NCBI GenBank assembly: GCA_964510585.1
Contig: CAZECW010000173.1
Span: forward strand, 1 to 32,000
DNA: 32,000 nucleotides
Origin: an uncultured archaeon
Lineage (GTDB): Archaea; Asgardarchaeota; Jordiarchaeia; Jordiarchaeales; Jordiarchaeaceae
Reading direction: 5' to 3'
The position numbers and the translations under genes are program-made. Positions 14,886 to 24,008 of this stretch are shown here, in pieces (the first letter of the stretch is position 1; the number at the start of each line of letters is the position of its first letter). The notes beneath the pieces were generated by a model. It had not been told where the DNA came from, searched no databases, and saw only the letters and a list, made by a program, of their open reading frames with translations.

Positions 14886-15692
14886 TTAACCAAAATTCAA
14901 ATTAGAAATTTTCCACATCCTTCTTTGCAGGGCCTCCTCAACCTCCTGTGCAAGCCTTCCAACCAATCGAGGATCATTGAGAGTATATCTTGCAACTGAA
15001 ACCACCCTTGCCCCAGCCTCAATCATTCTTAAAGCGGTACTCGGATCAGTGACAGAATTGTTTCCAATTAGAAACACTTTACTTTTTTTTGAAATATTTC
15101 TAATGACTTCCAAGTCCGCCTCGGAGTAGCCCGGCTTCATGGCATCCACATGAAAGGCGTCTACTCCCAAGGAATCCAAGTTTTTTGCCAAGGCTACGTC
15201 GTCCACCACATTCGCGCGCCACTTCACTATTAAGGGCAAATCCAATACCTTTTTCAGACTTTTAATCCATTCTTTGAGTTTGTCAAGATTCAGGAGCAAT
15301 GCTTGACCTCCGCCCAATTGTGTTATCTCATGTTGCCTACAGTGAGCGTTAAGTTCAAAGGCATCTGCACCACTACTTTGAACAAGTTCTCCCGCTCTCA
15401 GCAGTCCTTCCAGTGTTGCCACCCTCACATTTACCGTTACTGGGGCGCCGCCCCTTTTTGCAGTTTTGACTTCTCTGAATAGAAAGTTTTCCAAGTCGCA
15501 GAGTTCCACATAAAACTCGCTTCTGCCCCTATTCTTAATTTCCAAGCCAGCCTTAATTGTTTCAGCATCAAAGTTTATTCCGCCCAGTATAACCATACCA
15601 GCGCCTGCTTTAGCAGCTTCAAAACAGAACTTACCATCACAAACGCCAGCCATAGCTGCCAAAACTACATGGCTCTTAACGCTTACCATCAT
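14886..15692 (-). CDS. Archaeal DUS-related FMN TIM-barrel protein (MJ0144/TIGR00736-like)
   Basis: VVLAAMAG, ELNAHCRQ (the DUS-type Cys is retained), G.GQALL, VKWR, HVDAM, IGNNSV and terminal SVAR. Confidence 0.85.
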   Translation of the reverse strand: MMVSVKSHVVLAAMAGVCDGKFCFEAAKAGAGMVILGGINFDAETIKAGLEIKNRGRSEFYVELCDLENFLFREVKTAKRGGAPVTVNVRVATLEGLLRAGELVQSSGADAFELNAHCRQHEITQLGGGQALLLNLDKLKEWIKSLKKVLDLPLIVKWRANVVDDVALAKNLDSLGVDAFHVDAMKPGYSEADLEVIRNISKKSKVFLIGNNSVTDPSTALRMIEAGARVVSVARYTLNDPRLVGRLAQEVEEALQRRMWKISNLNFG

Positions 15693-15699
15693 CCGGCCT

Positions 15700-16626
15700 C
15701 TAAATTTTCATTCTTTCCATAACCAGTTTAGCAAGATTTACTTTATCCTCCTTACTCTTCATTATAATATTTGTGCAAAAAACGCTGATACCCAAATCCT
15801 CTATCCTTTTAGTGAAAGCCTGATCACCTGTATCTATAAATATTTCATCTATGATGCCTTGATAAATGGTAGCTACCCCGAAGGGCGACACTTCAACGCC
15901 TATCCCCCTCAACAAGTTTCCTGCCGGTCCACTAACCGGCCCACCACCTATTATGGGACTAACACAAATTCTCTTGACCTTAACCTCCCCCAAGGCTTTC
16001 TTTATCTTGGATACGCCAAGGATTGGCCCTATGCTGGTAACGGGGTTGCTTGGACCGATAACTATTCCCTCAGACTTTTTTATTGATTCCAACACTCCCG
16101 GAGCCGGCTTAGCCTTTTCTATTCCCTCAAAAATAACATCTAAAACCTTATCTTCACCTTTTCTCTTAACCCAGAACTCTTGGAAGTGAAATTTTCCTTT
16201 ATCAGTTTTCACAAAAGTGGTTACTTTATCATTAGACATGGGCAGAATCTTTACCTTTATATCAAAGGCCTTACACAGCGAGTTGGTGACATCGGATAAA
16301 GTGTAACCCTTTTTTAGTAATATGGTTCTGTGTAGGTGTGTTGCTAAGTCTCGATCCCCAATGGAGAACCAGTCTGGGTAACCATATCTTTTCATCATAC
16401 TTAAAAAGTGAAAGGTGTCATCCTTTATTCCCCAAAACCTGTTTTCATCCAGAAGACCAGCTAGAAGGTAGATAGCTGTATCAATGTCGGGGCTAATGTA
16501 TAGTCCCTGCCATTCAAAGTCATCTGCAGTGTTGATTATGAGGGTTACTTCCTCAGGCTTCATGAAATTGAGAAAACCTTGGATAAGCTTTAGGCTGCCA
16601 GTTCCTCCGGACAGTACCGTTATCAT
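15700..16626 (-). CDS. cofD: 2-phospho-L-lactate transferase (LPPG:FO transferase)
   Basis: Motifs LSGGTG, SPDIDT..Y.LAG, WFSIGDRDLATH, HFQEFWV, GPSNPVTSIGPIL and SPIIG..PVSGPA. Confidence 0.95.
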   Translation of the reverse strand: MITVLSGGTGSLKLIQGFLNFMKPEEVTLIINTADDFEWQGLYISPDIDTAIYLLAGLLDENRFWGIKDDTFHFLSMMKRYGYPDWFSIGDRDLATHLHRTILLKKGYTLSDVTNSLCKAFDIKVKILPMSNDKVTTFVKTDKGKFHFQEFWVKRKGEDKVLDVIFEGIEKAKPAPGVLESIKKSEGIVIGPSNPVTSIGPILGVSKIKKALGEVKVKRICVSPIIGGGPVSGPAGNLLRGIGVEVSPFGVATIYQGIIDEIFIDTGDQAFTKRIEDLGISVFCTNIIMKSKEDKVNLAKLVMERMKI

Positions 16627-16642
16627 TTTTCCACTCTCTTAC

Positions 16643-17389
16643 TTATCGAAACATGTCCTTCTCAGGCGCCCTTAATAAATCTTTAATGCTTCCTTCACCT
16701 TCAATATAGTCGAAACCCCTTATTATGACCACTGGGATTCCTTCATTAGCCTCACCCATAACGAGCTCCGCAGCCGACGCCAACTCATCCGCGATCCCCA
16801 CCAGTGTAGATTTCAAAGTATAACCAAAAAGATCAACATCGCCCCTCCTGTCCCAAACAGGTTTCATTCCAGATACGCCAATCGCAACATTGATGGCTCC
16901 CTCCCTGAATGGTCGACCATGTGTGTCCGAAATTATTACCGCTAGTTTAACTCCAGTTAATTTTTCCAATTCTTTCCTTATCTCCCTAGCTGATTTTTCC
17001 GGATCTCTAGGCAGTAGAGAAACAAAGTGTTCGCCCGGCATATTCGATTTGTCTACACCGGAATTGGCGCAAATAAAACCATGCTTGGTTTCTGTTATTA
17101 TGGCGTGCTCCATTCTAATAATTTGTTTCGCCTCTCTAAGTATAACCTCGACCTGACGGGGATCCTTTTCAAACCTTTCGGCAGTTCGTATAGCAAAATC
17201 GGATGGAACTACTGTATTAAGATCAACCACACTGCCCTCGGCTCTAGAAACTATGGTTTGGGCAATAACAAAAATATCCTTAGCTTTGATTTCTATGCCT
17301 TGTGCTTTAGCCGCTTCTACGATGAGTTTCGGTATATTATCGCCTTCCTTAACTATAGGTATTTCTTTTAGACCCATTATGTGAATCAT
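16643..17389 (-). CDS. cofE: Coenzyme F420-0:L-glutamate ligase (stand-alone, no FbiB-type nitroreductase domain), 248 aa
   Basis: Motifs IVSRAEG, ETKHGFICANSGVDKSN, LPRDP, ISDTHGRPFREG, ADELASAA and GEANEGIP. Confidence 0.95.
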   Translation of the reverse strand: MIHIMGLKEIPIVKEGDNIPKLIVEAAKAQGIEIKAKDIFVIAQTIVSRAEGSVVDLNTVVPSDFAIRTAERFEKDPRQVEVILREAKQIIRMEHAIITETKHGFICANSGVDKSNMPGEHFVSLLPRDPEKSAREIRKELEKLTGVKLAVIISDTHGRPFREGAINVAIGVSGMKPVWDRRGDVDLFGYTLKSTLVGIADELASAAELVMGEANEGIPVVIIRGFDYIEGEGSIKDLLRAPEKDMFR

Positions 17390-17601
17390 ATTTTCAATCC
17401 TCTAAAAAATTAAAAGCAATTAATGAGAAAAACGCAAATTAAATTAACCGAAGCTGAATAAGGAAATTTCAAGGTTCATAATGTTAATAGAACAGATTTA
17501 GAACACCCACTTAAAAACTCTTTTGTAAAAAAACAGATTCAAAAATTTTTTCACTTTTTTGTATCGCAAGTTAGAAATTAGTTTTAAATTACTATCGCAA
17601 G

Positions 17602-17621
17602 AAACAATTCGTGAATTGTTT
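17602..17621. promoter_or_regulatory. Dyad AAACAATTC-GT-GAATTGTTT upstream of cofE, candidate operator or hairpin
   Basis: 9-bp arms with a 2-nt spacer. TATCGCAAG is repeated at 17562 and 17593 immediately beside it. Confidence 0.35.
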
Positions 17622-17645
17622 TAGAAGCACAGTTCATGTAGGTTT

Positions 17646-18080
17646 TTACTTTTTGTGCGGAAGTTTACCGTTCACAATTTTGGAAATGATGTTTTTCTGG
17701 GCACGACCTACTGCGCTTGTAAAATCGAATCCCTTTGTGTCTACGCTCAACTCATCAATAATATCTCCATAGGTGCACTCGTTAACAATTTCAATAATCA
17801 ATTCGGTTATGTCATATCTTCTTGATTTGTATCTTACAATAATGGTCTGATTCTCCCAATCCACTTCAGCGCCGTATTCTTGTCTCTGTAAGTTAATCGC
17901 CTCCGCTATGGTAATCCCGGGATTCATCCTCATCACTTCTTGAGGTGAAGGAACGGTTATTCCTTCCCTAGCTAGAAGCGTGTGTTGAACAAACATTGCA
18001 AGAAGCCAACAACGGTTAAATCTCCCCGCCCACACTCGCGGTATTCTGTCTTCATCGTTTTCAGACAAACAACTCACCAT
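17646..18080 (-). CDS. Hypothetical soluble protein, 144 aa
   Basis: Clean ORF with globular-protein composition, preceded by an AT-rich promoter-like region. No motif recognised. Confidence 0.75.
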   Translation of the reverse strand: MVSCLSENDEDRIPRVWAGRFNRCWLLAMFVQHTLLAREGITVPSPQEVMRMNPGITIAEAINLQRQEYGAEVDWENQTIIVRYKSRRYDITELIIEIVNECTYGDIIDELSVDTKGFDFTSAVGRAQKNIISKIVNGKLPHKK

Positions 18081-18411
18081 TTAACATATAAACAATCTCA
18101 GTCTAATAAATGATTTCAATTAAGTAAATATTAAATTATTTTTAAATTAATAAAAAAACGTGTGAATTTAGCTTTTGTTATCGAATGACTGATAGTAGGT
18201 CTCCAAGTCCAGAAAGAAGGCTTATTTTAGGCTCTTTCAGCGAAGGCTTCTCATCCGGAAAAGAAACACAAATAGCCCCCCATTCTAGGAAAAGGGAGCA
18301 TATAACACCAGATTGACCTTCAGAATCTAAATACACACAAAAAAACAATAAATTTTTTGGAATAAGATTACAGAAAAAACCCAGAAAAACCATCGTTATT
18401 TGGGAAAAAAA

Positions 18412-18987
18412 TTAACCCCCCGAGTTCTTTTTGGCAAGTTCTCTTCCTAGTTTAACTCCTCTTATTAGTGCCTGAATATTTCTCTCCTTTACGCTCTCCC
18501 TTAAGTCTAGTTCTAGCATCACATCAAGTAAAGAGTTTAAAATTGATTCTTCTGAAACAATATCAGTTATCCCAATTAAAGCTCCAAGCATTATAAGGTT
18601 AGCAGGCGTCTTGGACTTGAACTCGGACTCGGCGATTTTGATGGCGGGAATTCTGAAGATTCTAAAATTTTTCTCCGAGGAGATTTTTATATTCTCGTCT
18701 ATTAGTAGCAATCCTTCTTCCTTCAAGTTGCTTATAAATTCTTCTAGCGATTCTTCTGACATAATCACCAAAATGTCTGGATTAGTTATAATGGGGCAAA
18801 CAATTTCGCTGTCTGAAATGATAACGTCGGATACAGTTGAACCCCCTCTCACTCTGGAACCGTAACTTTGAATATTGGTAGCGTTTTTTTCCTCATAAAC
18901 CACGGCAGCGCGTGAAAGAATAAAGCCTAAAAGAACAATTCCCTGCCCGCCACTCCCAACAAACTGTATTTGTGTGGTCAACTCCAA
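18412..18987 (-). CDS. korC: 2-oxoacid:ferredoxin oxidoreductase gamma subunit
   Basis: GSGGQG, QSYGSRVRGG, ANLIMLGA and terminal N..AL..G. Probable TTG start at 18987 or 18981. Substrate specificity cannot be assigned from sequence. Confidence 0.9.
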   Translation of the reverse strand: MELTTQIQFVGSGGQGIVLLGFILSRAAVVYEEKNATNIQSYGSRVRGGSTVSDVIISDSEIVCPIITNPDILVIMSEESLEEFISNLKEEGLLLIDENIKISSEKNFRIFRIPAIKIAESEFKSKTPANLIMLGALIGITDIVSEESILNSLLDVMLELDLRESVKERNIQALIRGVKLGRELAKKNSGG

Positions 18988-18995
18988 ACATCCCC

Positions 18996-19883
18996 CTACT
19001 CTCTGAAAGATAATTCCAGCCAATCCAACTGCGGCCTTTTCAATTTAATGGTTCCTCTCTGCACGCCCTCAATGAGCTTTCTGTACTCGTTAGCCATTTC
19101 AGGTCTATCCCTGTCAGCGAATTCCCCCAGTATCAGTTTCCCGCTAATTTTTCTTGGAGGAAGCTTCTTTGCAACTTCCAGTTTAACGGTGCGCTCCCTG
19201 AACCAATCCATGAGCTGCTTGGGGTCGGGCATCTCGTTTTTTCTTCCGAACTGGGTTGGACACTGACTGATAACCTCTATGTAGGTGAATCCCTTTTTTT
19301 GTATGCCCTTAATTATGGAACTTATTATTCTCTGAGGCTGAACAGTGCTCCATCGAGCCACATAACTGGCGCCAGCACTAGTAACCAACTCACAGAGGTC
19401 AAAAAAGCCCTCCACACTACCGTAGGGAGAAGTGTATGTGTAGGCTCCCACAGGGGTGGTGGGACTTGTCTGGCTGCCGGTTAAAGCGTAAACCAAATTG
19501 TTGACACTAATCACATTAATGTCTATATTTCTTCTGGCGGCATGTACCAGATGTGATATTCCAATTGCTCCACTGTCCCCGTCCCCAGTGAAGACAATTA
19601 CTTCAAAGTCTGGGTTGAATAGTTTGATGCCTGTGGCGAAGGCTACAGCTCTTCCATGTGTCACATGCAGGCTGTCAGCATTAATGTATCCCGGTATTCT
19701 ACCTGAGCATCCTATTCCAGAAACAAAAACAATGTCGTCTATGTTAATACCCAATTCATCTATGGCTCGTAGGGTGCAGTTCATTATTATTCCATTACCA
19801 CAACCTGGACAGAAAACTGTGGGAAGTCTATCCTCCCGTAAATACTTTCTAAGAGGCTGAATCACGCATGTTTTCTCACCCAA
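18996..19883 (-). CDS. korB: 2-oxoacid:ferredoxin oxidoreductase beta (TPP-binding) subunit
   Basis: Motifs FCPGCG, SGIGCS, HGRA, GDGD...GISH..HA.RRN, NN.VY.LT..Q.SPT and QCPT. Confidence 0.93.
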   Translation of the reverse strand: MGEKTCVIQPLRKYLREDRLPTVFCPGCGNGIIMNCTLRAIDELGINIDDIVFVSGIGCSGRIPGYINADSLHVTHGRAVAFATGIKLFNPDFEVIVFTGDGDSGAIGISHLVHAARRNIDINVISVNNLVYALTGSQTSPTTPVGAYTYTSPYGSVEGFFDLCELVTSAGASYVARWSTVQPQRIISSIIKGIQKKGFTYIEVISQCPTQFGRKNEMPDPKQLMDWFRERTVKLEVAKKLPPRKISGKLILGEFADRDRPEMANEYRKLIEGVQRGTIKLKRPQLDWLELSFRE

Positions 19884-19907
19884 TTTGTCGCATCCTCCAA
19901 ATTTTGC

Positions 19908-21068
19908 TCACAAGAGCTTTTTTATAGCGTCGAGAATCTCTTTGGGTTTAAATTGCCTAGCTATACCCATGAGGGAAACTACTTGGGCTTTCCCCTTAGC
20001 CGCCTCGGTTACACTATGAACTAATTGACCGACGTTCAATTCGGGAACCAATATGTAATCCACTCCGCTTGCAATTTTGTGCACCTCATCGTAAGGGAAA
20101 GGCCAAATGGTAATCAAACGCAAGTAGTTAACAGGTATCCCCTCCTTTTCCGCCTCAATGACCGCTTCCAAAGCTACTCTGGAAACGCTTCCAAAAGAAA
20201 CAACTGCTATTCTTGAATCGTGAAAATCGCGCTTCTCAAAGTAGGTAAAAGCTTTAGAGTTGTTGACTATCTTGTCTCTCAAACGTCTCACAAGCTCCAA
20301 GTGCTTTTCTGGATCATCTATGGGGTATCCTTTCTCATCATGACTCAAACCCGTAAAGTGGAAGTGGTAGCCAGCACCAAAAGTGGGCAGTGGTGGGGGA
20401 ATCCCTCGCGAGTCAGGTTTGAAGGGCAAAAACTCTTTTGGCGGAACTTTAGGATTTCTTCTCCAAACCAATTTTAACTCGTCATGGTTTGGAATTTCAA
20501 CCTTCTCCCTTATGTGGGCCACCTCTTCGTCTGCCAATAATATGACTGGAACCCGATAGGTTTCCGCAATGTTAAATGCACGAATAGTTAAGTCAAACAT
20601 TTCTTGGGGAGTATTCGGAGCCAGAGCCACAATCATATTGTCTCCGTGTCTACCCCAAAGACATTGCATAACATCCCCCTGAGAAATGCGGGTAGGCAAA
20701 CCGGTGCTCGGACCAGCGCGTTGACAATCCACAACGACACAGGGAATCTCGCACATAACTGCCCAACCCAAGTTCTCCTGCATGAGAGAAAAGCCTGGGC
20801 CACTAGTAGCAGTCATGCCCTTCGCGCCGGCCAACACGGCGCCGAGTACTGCGGCAATGGAGGATATTTCGTCCTCACACTGTAGAAAAACCCCGCCAAC
20901 CTCGGGCATCCTACGAGCCATAACCTCCATAATTTCAGTAGCAGGGGTAATAGGGTAGCCAGCAAAAAATCTGCACCCCGCAGTTATCGCCCCTTCCGCA
21001 CATGCCTCATTTCCACTCATAAAGTATACTCCGGACTCCAACACAAAGTCCTTCCAACCATTTCCCAT
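19908..21068 (-). CDS. korA: 2-oxoacid:ferredoxin oxidoreductase alpha subunit
   Basis: Motifs GNEACAEGA, FAGYPITP, EDEI, TATSGPGFSLMQE, QRAGPSTGLPT and ELNVGQ. The exact start is uncertain. Confidence 0.93.
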   Translation of the reverse strand: MGNGWKDFVLESGVYFMSGNEACAEGAITAGCRFFAGYPITPATEIMEVMARRMPEVGGVFLQCEDEISSIAAVLGAVLAGAKGMTATSGPGFSLMQENLGWAVMCEIPCVVVDCQRAGPSTGLPTRISQGDVMQCLWGRHGDNMIVALAPNTPQEMFDLTIRAFNIAETYRVPVILLADEEVAHIREKVEIPNHDELKLVWRRNPKVPPKEFLPFKPDSRGIPPPLPTFGAGYHFHFTGLSHDEKGYPIDDPEKHLELVRRLRDKIVNNSKAFTYFEKRDFHDSRIAVVSFGSVSRVALEAVIEAEKEGIPVNYLRLITIWPFPYDEVHKIASGVDYILVPELNVGQLVHSVTEAAKGKAQVVSLMGIARQFKPKEILDAIKKLL

Positions 21069-21147
21069 AAGACCACACCAAAAGAAAACCTTTACCAAAT
21101 ATGGTTAAAATTAGGTAAAGTATACTTTTCTAGTTATTGGTTAATAT

Positions 21148-22032
21148 TTAGATTAGAGCCCTTCTAGCAAGGATAACCGAAATCAGCATTGAAACTAATA
21201 AGAACAGTAATAAGACAGAGGCGTCGAATAATAATGAGGGTAAAATATCCATGGTTGCAAATCCCCCTCCCAATTTTCCCAATTGTCCGCCCAGCATAAG
21301 TTTTCTTATCCCATCTACAGCGTAGGCTAGAGGGTTAAAGCGGGCAATAGCTTGGAGCCATTGGGGCATTGCTTCAACAGGGATTATGGTTCCACTTACA
21401 AAAAATATGGGCATTAGGAAGAGGTTTATTAGTTCGAAGAACTCGTGTCCCGCGATTTTTAGTCCAACGGCTGTTGAGATTGCCGAGAAACCCATGGTTA
21501 GCAGAATCAGGAAGGGGATGGTGAGTATAACATAGAATCCAGTGTTAATTTTCACGCCTATCAAGGGCACGAGGGCGAGCATAATTATGCCCTGTATTAG
21601 ACTTCTCAGGACAGTTGATGTGAGTTTTCCCAGTATGATGGATGTGCGGGGAATGGGGGATACTAGCAGCTTAGTTAAGAAACCCATACGTTTATCCCAA
21701 AATATTGAAGTGCCAGAAAATGCCGCCATAAACATTACCGAAGCCGCCACCACACCCGATGCATAGAAATCAATATAATTAACACTAAATATGTTCAGCA
21801 AAACATACCTTACAGGCGATGATGGAAGAAATAATAAAAGTGAAGAAAGAATACTTGCGCCTTGCATATTCCACGAAAAATTATAGTTATAGAGGGGCAT
21901 ACCTCCATTAAAGGCGAATCCGAAGAAGATTAGCCAGGCCAGGGGAGTGATTAGTGATGTGGCAAACTGGATTCTCCGCCGAAAATAATGCTTCATATCC
22001 CTTTGAGCTATTTGCCAAGCCTCAGCCAACAT
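21148..22032 (-). CDS. ABC-2 type (DrrB-like) exporter permease, paralog 3
   Basis: WDKRMGFLTKLLVSPIPR.SI.LGK, PIFFVSG..P and NPL.YAVD..R, with six or more TM segments. Confidence 0.9.
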   Translation of the reverse strand: MLAEAWQIAQRDMKHYFRRRIQFATSLITPLAWLIFFGFAFNGGMPLYNYNFSWNMQGASILSSLLLFLPSSPVRYVLLNIFSVNYIDFYASGVVAASVMFMAAFSGTSIFWDKRMGFLTKLLVSPIPRTSIILGKLTSTVLRSLIQGIIMLALVPLIGVKINTGFYVILTIPFLILLTMGFSAISTAVGLKIAGHEFFELINLFLMPIFFVSGTIIPVEAMPQWLQAIARFNPLAYAVDGIRKLMLGGQLGKLGGGFATMDILPSLLFDASVLLLFLLVSMLISVILARRALI

Positions 22033-22161
22033 GTAGCACATTACCTCTGAGAAACGGTGCTAAACCCGGTTTATAAGCTCTGCCATCAAAAAGTTTCAAG
22101 AAAAACATCAACTCTACCATAAACACTAAAATTCATACGAAGAAGAATTAGAGAAGAGTGT

Positions 22162-23079
22162 TTAAAGGGTATACTTTCTGAATAGTAGAGCCCCCGTAAC
22201 CACCATAACTACAAATATCACCATCAGCACCACAAAATCTAATAGTAAGGACCCCCCGATTCCCAAAACAAATAAATTCCAATTGATTGGCATATATAGA
22301 CCACCAAAAAGGGCCAGCCTAGTGGCGTCAACAGCATAGGTTAACGGGTTTCCCTGAGCAATAAACTGCAACCAATTGGGCATAGAGGCTATGGGTACAA
22401 CCGCCGAACTGGCAAAGAATAGGGGAAGTAGAATCATTTGAAATACGCCGAAGAAGACCTCGTGATCAGCCAACTTGATTCCCAAAGATACCGAGAGACC
22501 GGCGAGACCCGCAGCGAAAACTATCATGAAGGGAATGCTTATGGCAACGCCTAATATGCCAGTATAAATTTTGGCTCCCAATAGTACGGCCAGCACAACA
22601 ACCACTAAAGCTTGTATTAGGCTTCTAATAGTGGAAGACATCATTTTTCCCAGCATAATGGAAGATCTGGGAATTGGAGCCACCAACAATTTGGTGATAT
22701 ATCCAAACCGCTTATCCCAGATAATGCTTATTCCAGACATAAAGGCAGTAACCATGACAGTGGCGGCAATAATTCCAGTCGCCAAAAAATCGAGATATTG
22801 AATACCATAACTGGTTAATAGGATAGATTTTAGAGGTTCACCAATGGGAAGAAAATAAACAAAAAATTGAATAATGTTTAGTAGTCCCCGACCACCAAAA
22901 ATTGCACCACTCAAACCCGGAATCCCTGAACTTATCGCATAGCCAAAGAACCCCAGCCAAACCGCAGGCTGTATGAACGAAGTTAACACCTGCACTTTTC
23001 TTCGCATAAAATGTCTTAGCTCCCTTTCCGTTACATACCATGCCTCTTTAAACAAAAGCTTTTCCACCACCAAGCCCAT
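22162..23079 (-). CDS. ABC-2 type (DrrB-like) exporter permease, paralog 2
   Basis: WDKRFGYITKLLVAPIPRSSIMLGK, PLFFASSA and NPLTYAVD. Confidence 0.9.
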   Translation of the reverse strand: MGLVVEKLLFKEAWYVTERELRHFMRRKVQVLTSFIQPAVWLGFFGYAISSGIPGLSGAIFGGRGLLNIIQFFVYFLPIGEPLKSILLTSYGIQYLDFLATGIIAATVMVTAFMSGISIIWDKRFGYITKLLVAPIPRSSIMLGKMMSSTIRSLIQALVVVVLAVLLGAKIYTGILGVAISIPFMIVFAAGLAGLSVSLGIKLADHEVFFGVFQMILLPLFFASSAVVPIASMPNWLQFIAQGNPLTYAVDATRLALFGGLYMPINWNLFVLGIGGSLLLDFVVLMVIFVVMVVTGALLFRKYTL

Positions 23080-23110
23080 TCTAATTAAAAAGTTAACTGT
23101 TCAAAATTTT

Positions 23111-24004
23111 TCATTTGAGCGACCTTCTAAAAATGGTTACTCCTATCGAAACCATAATCACTATAAACAAGGTCAACACAACCGCATCCACCAGAAGACT
23201 CCCTCCAATCCCGATTAGAGCATAACCACCCCCCAATGGTCCAAAGGTCCCCCCCAGCATCGCACATCTTATTGCATCCACAGCGTATGTCAAAGGATTA
23301 AAATAAGCCACAACCTGCAACCAACCCGGCATAAGTTGAACAGGAACAAGAGCCCCAGAAGCAAAAAACAGAGGCAGAAGTATGAGATTAATAACTCCAA
23401 AGAATTCCTCATGTTCCGCCATCTTAATCCCAATAGCCGTAGATAACCCCGAGAACCCCAAGGTAAACAGAATCATGTAGGGCACAGCTATCACAACCCC
23501 CCATAGACCCGTATTCATTTTCGCACCCAAAACTATCGCCAAACCCATAACTATCAACCCCTGTATCATCGCTCTAACCGTTGCCGAAATCATTTTACCA
23601 AACATTATCGAACTCCTAGGAATCGGACTAACCAACAACTTATTAAGATAGCCAAACCTCTTATCAAACACTATAGAAACACCCGCAAACATCCCAGTAA
23701 ACATAACGGTCATAGCCACAATACCCGGAGAGAGGAAAGAGAGATAACTCGTGGTAGTCAAATTCAAAAGAAAGTAACTCTGCCAAAGTTCAAGATTCAG
23801 AGACAAAACAAAAAAAGTAAGCAAAGTGGGAATACCCTCAATCCCAAGACTACTCAAATTAAACCCAGGCAAACCCCCACTAAGCGCATAACCAAACAAC
23901 GCCAACCAAATCACAGGAGTAGCCAGAGAAGTAACAATCTGAATCCTCCGCCTATAAAAATGTTTAATCTCCCTCAAAGCCACATACCAAGACTCACTCA
24001 ACAT
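23111..24004 (-). CDS. ABC-2 type (DrrB-like) exporter permease, paralog 1
   Basis: FDKRFGYLNKLLVSPIPRSSIMFGK, PLFFASGA and NPLTYAVD. Confidence 0.9.
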   Translation of the reverse strand: MLSESWYVALREIKHFYRRRIQIVTSLATPVIWLALFGYALSGGLPGFNLSSLGIEGIPTLLTFFVLSLNLELWQSYFLLNLTTTSYLSFLSPGIVAMTVMFTGMFAGVSIVFDKRFGYLNKLLVSPIPRSSIMFGKMISATVRAMIQGLIVMGLAIVLGAKMNTGLWGVVIAVPYMILFTLGFSGLSTAIGIKMAEHEEFFGVINLILLPLFFASGALVPVQLMPGWLQVVAYFNPLTYAVDAIRCAMLGGTFGPLGGGYALIGIGGSLLVDAVVLTLFIVIMVSIGVTIFRRSLK

Positions 24005-24008
24005 ACTA

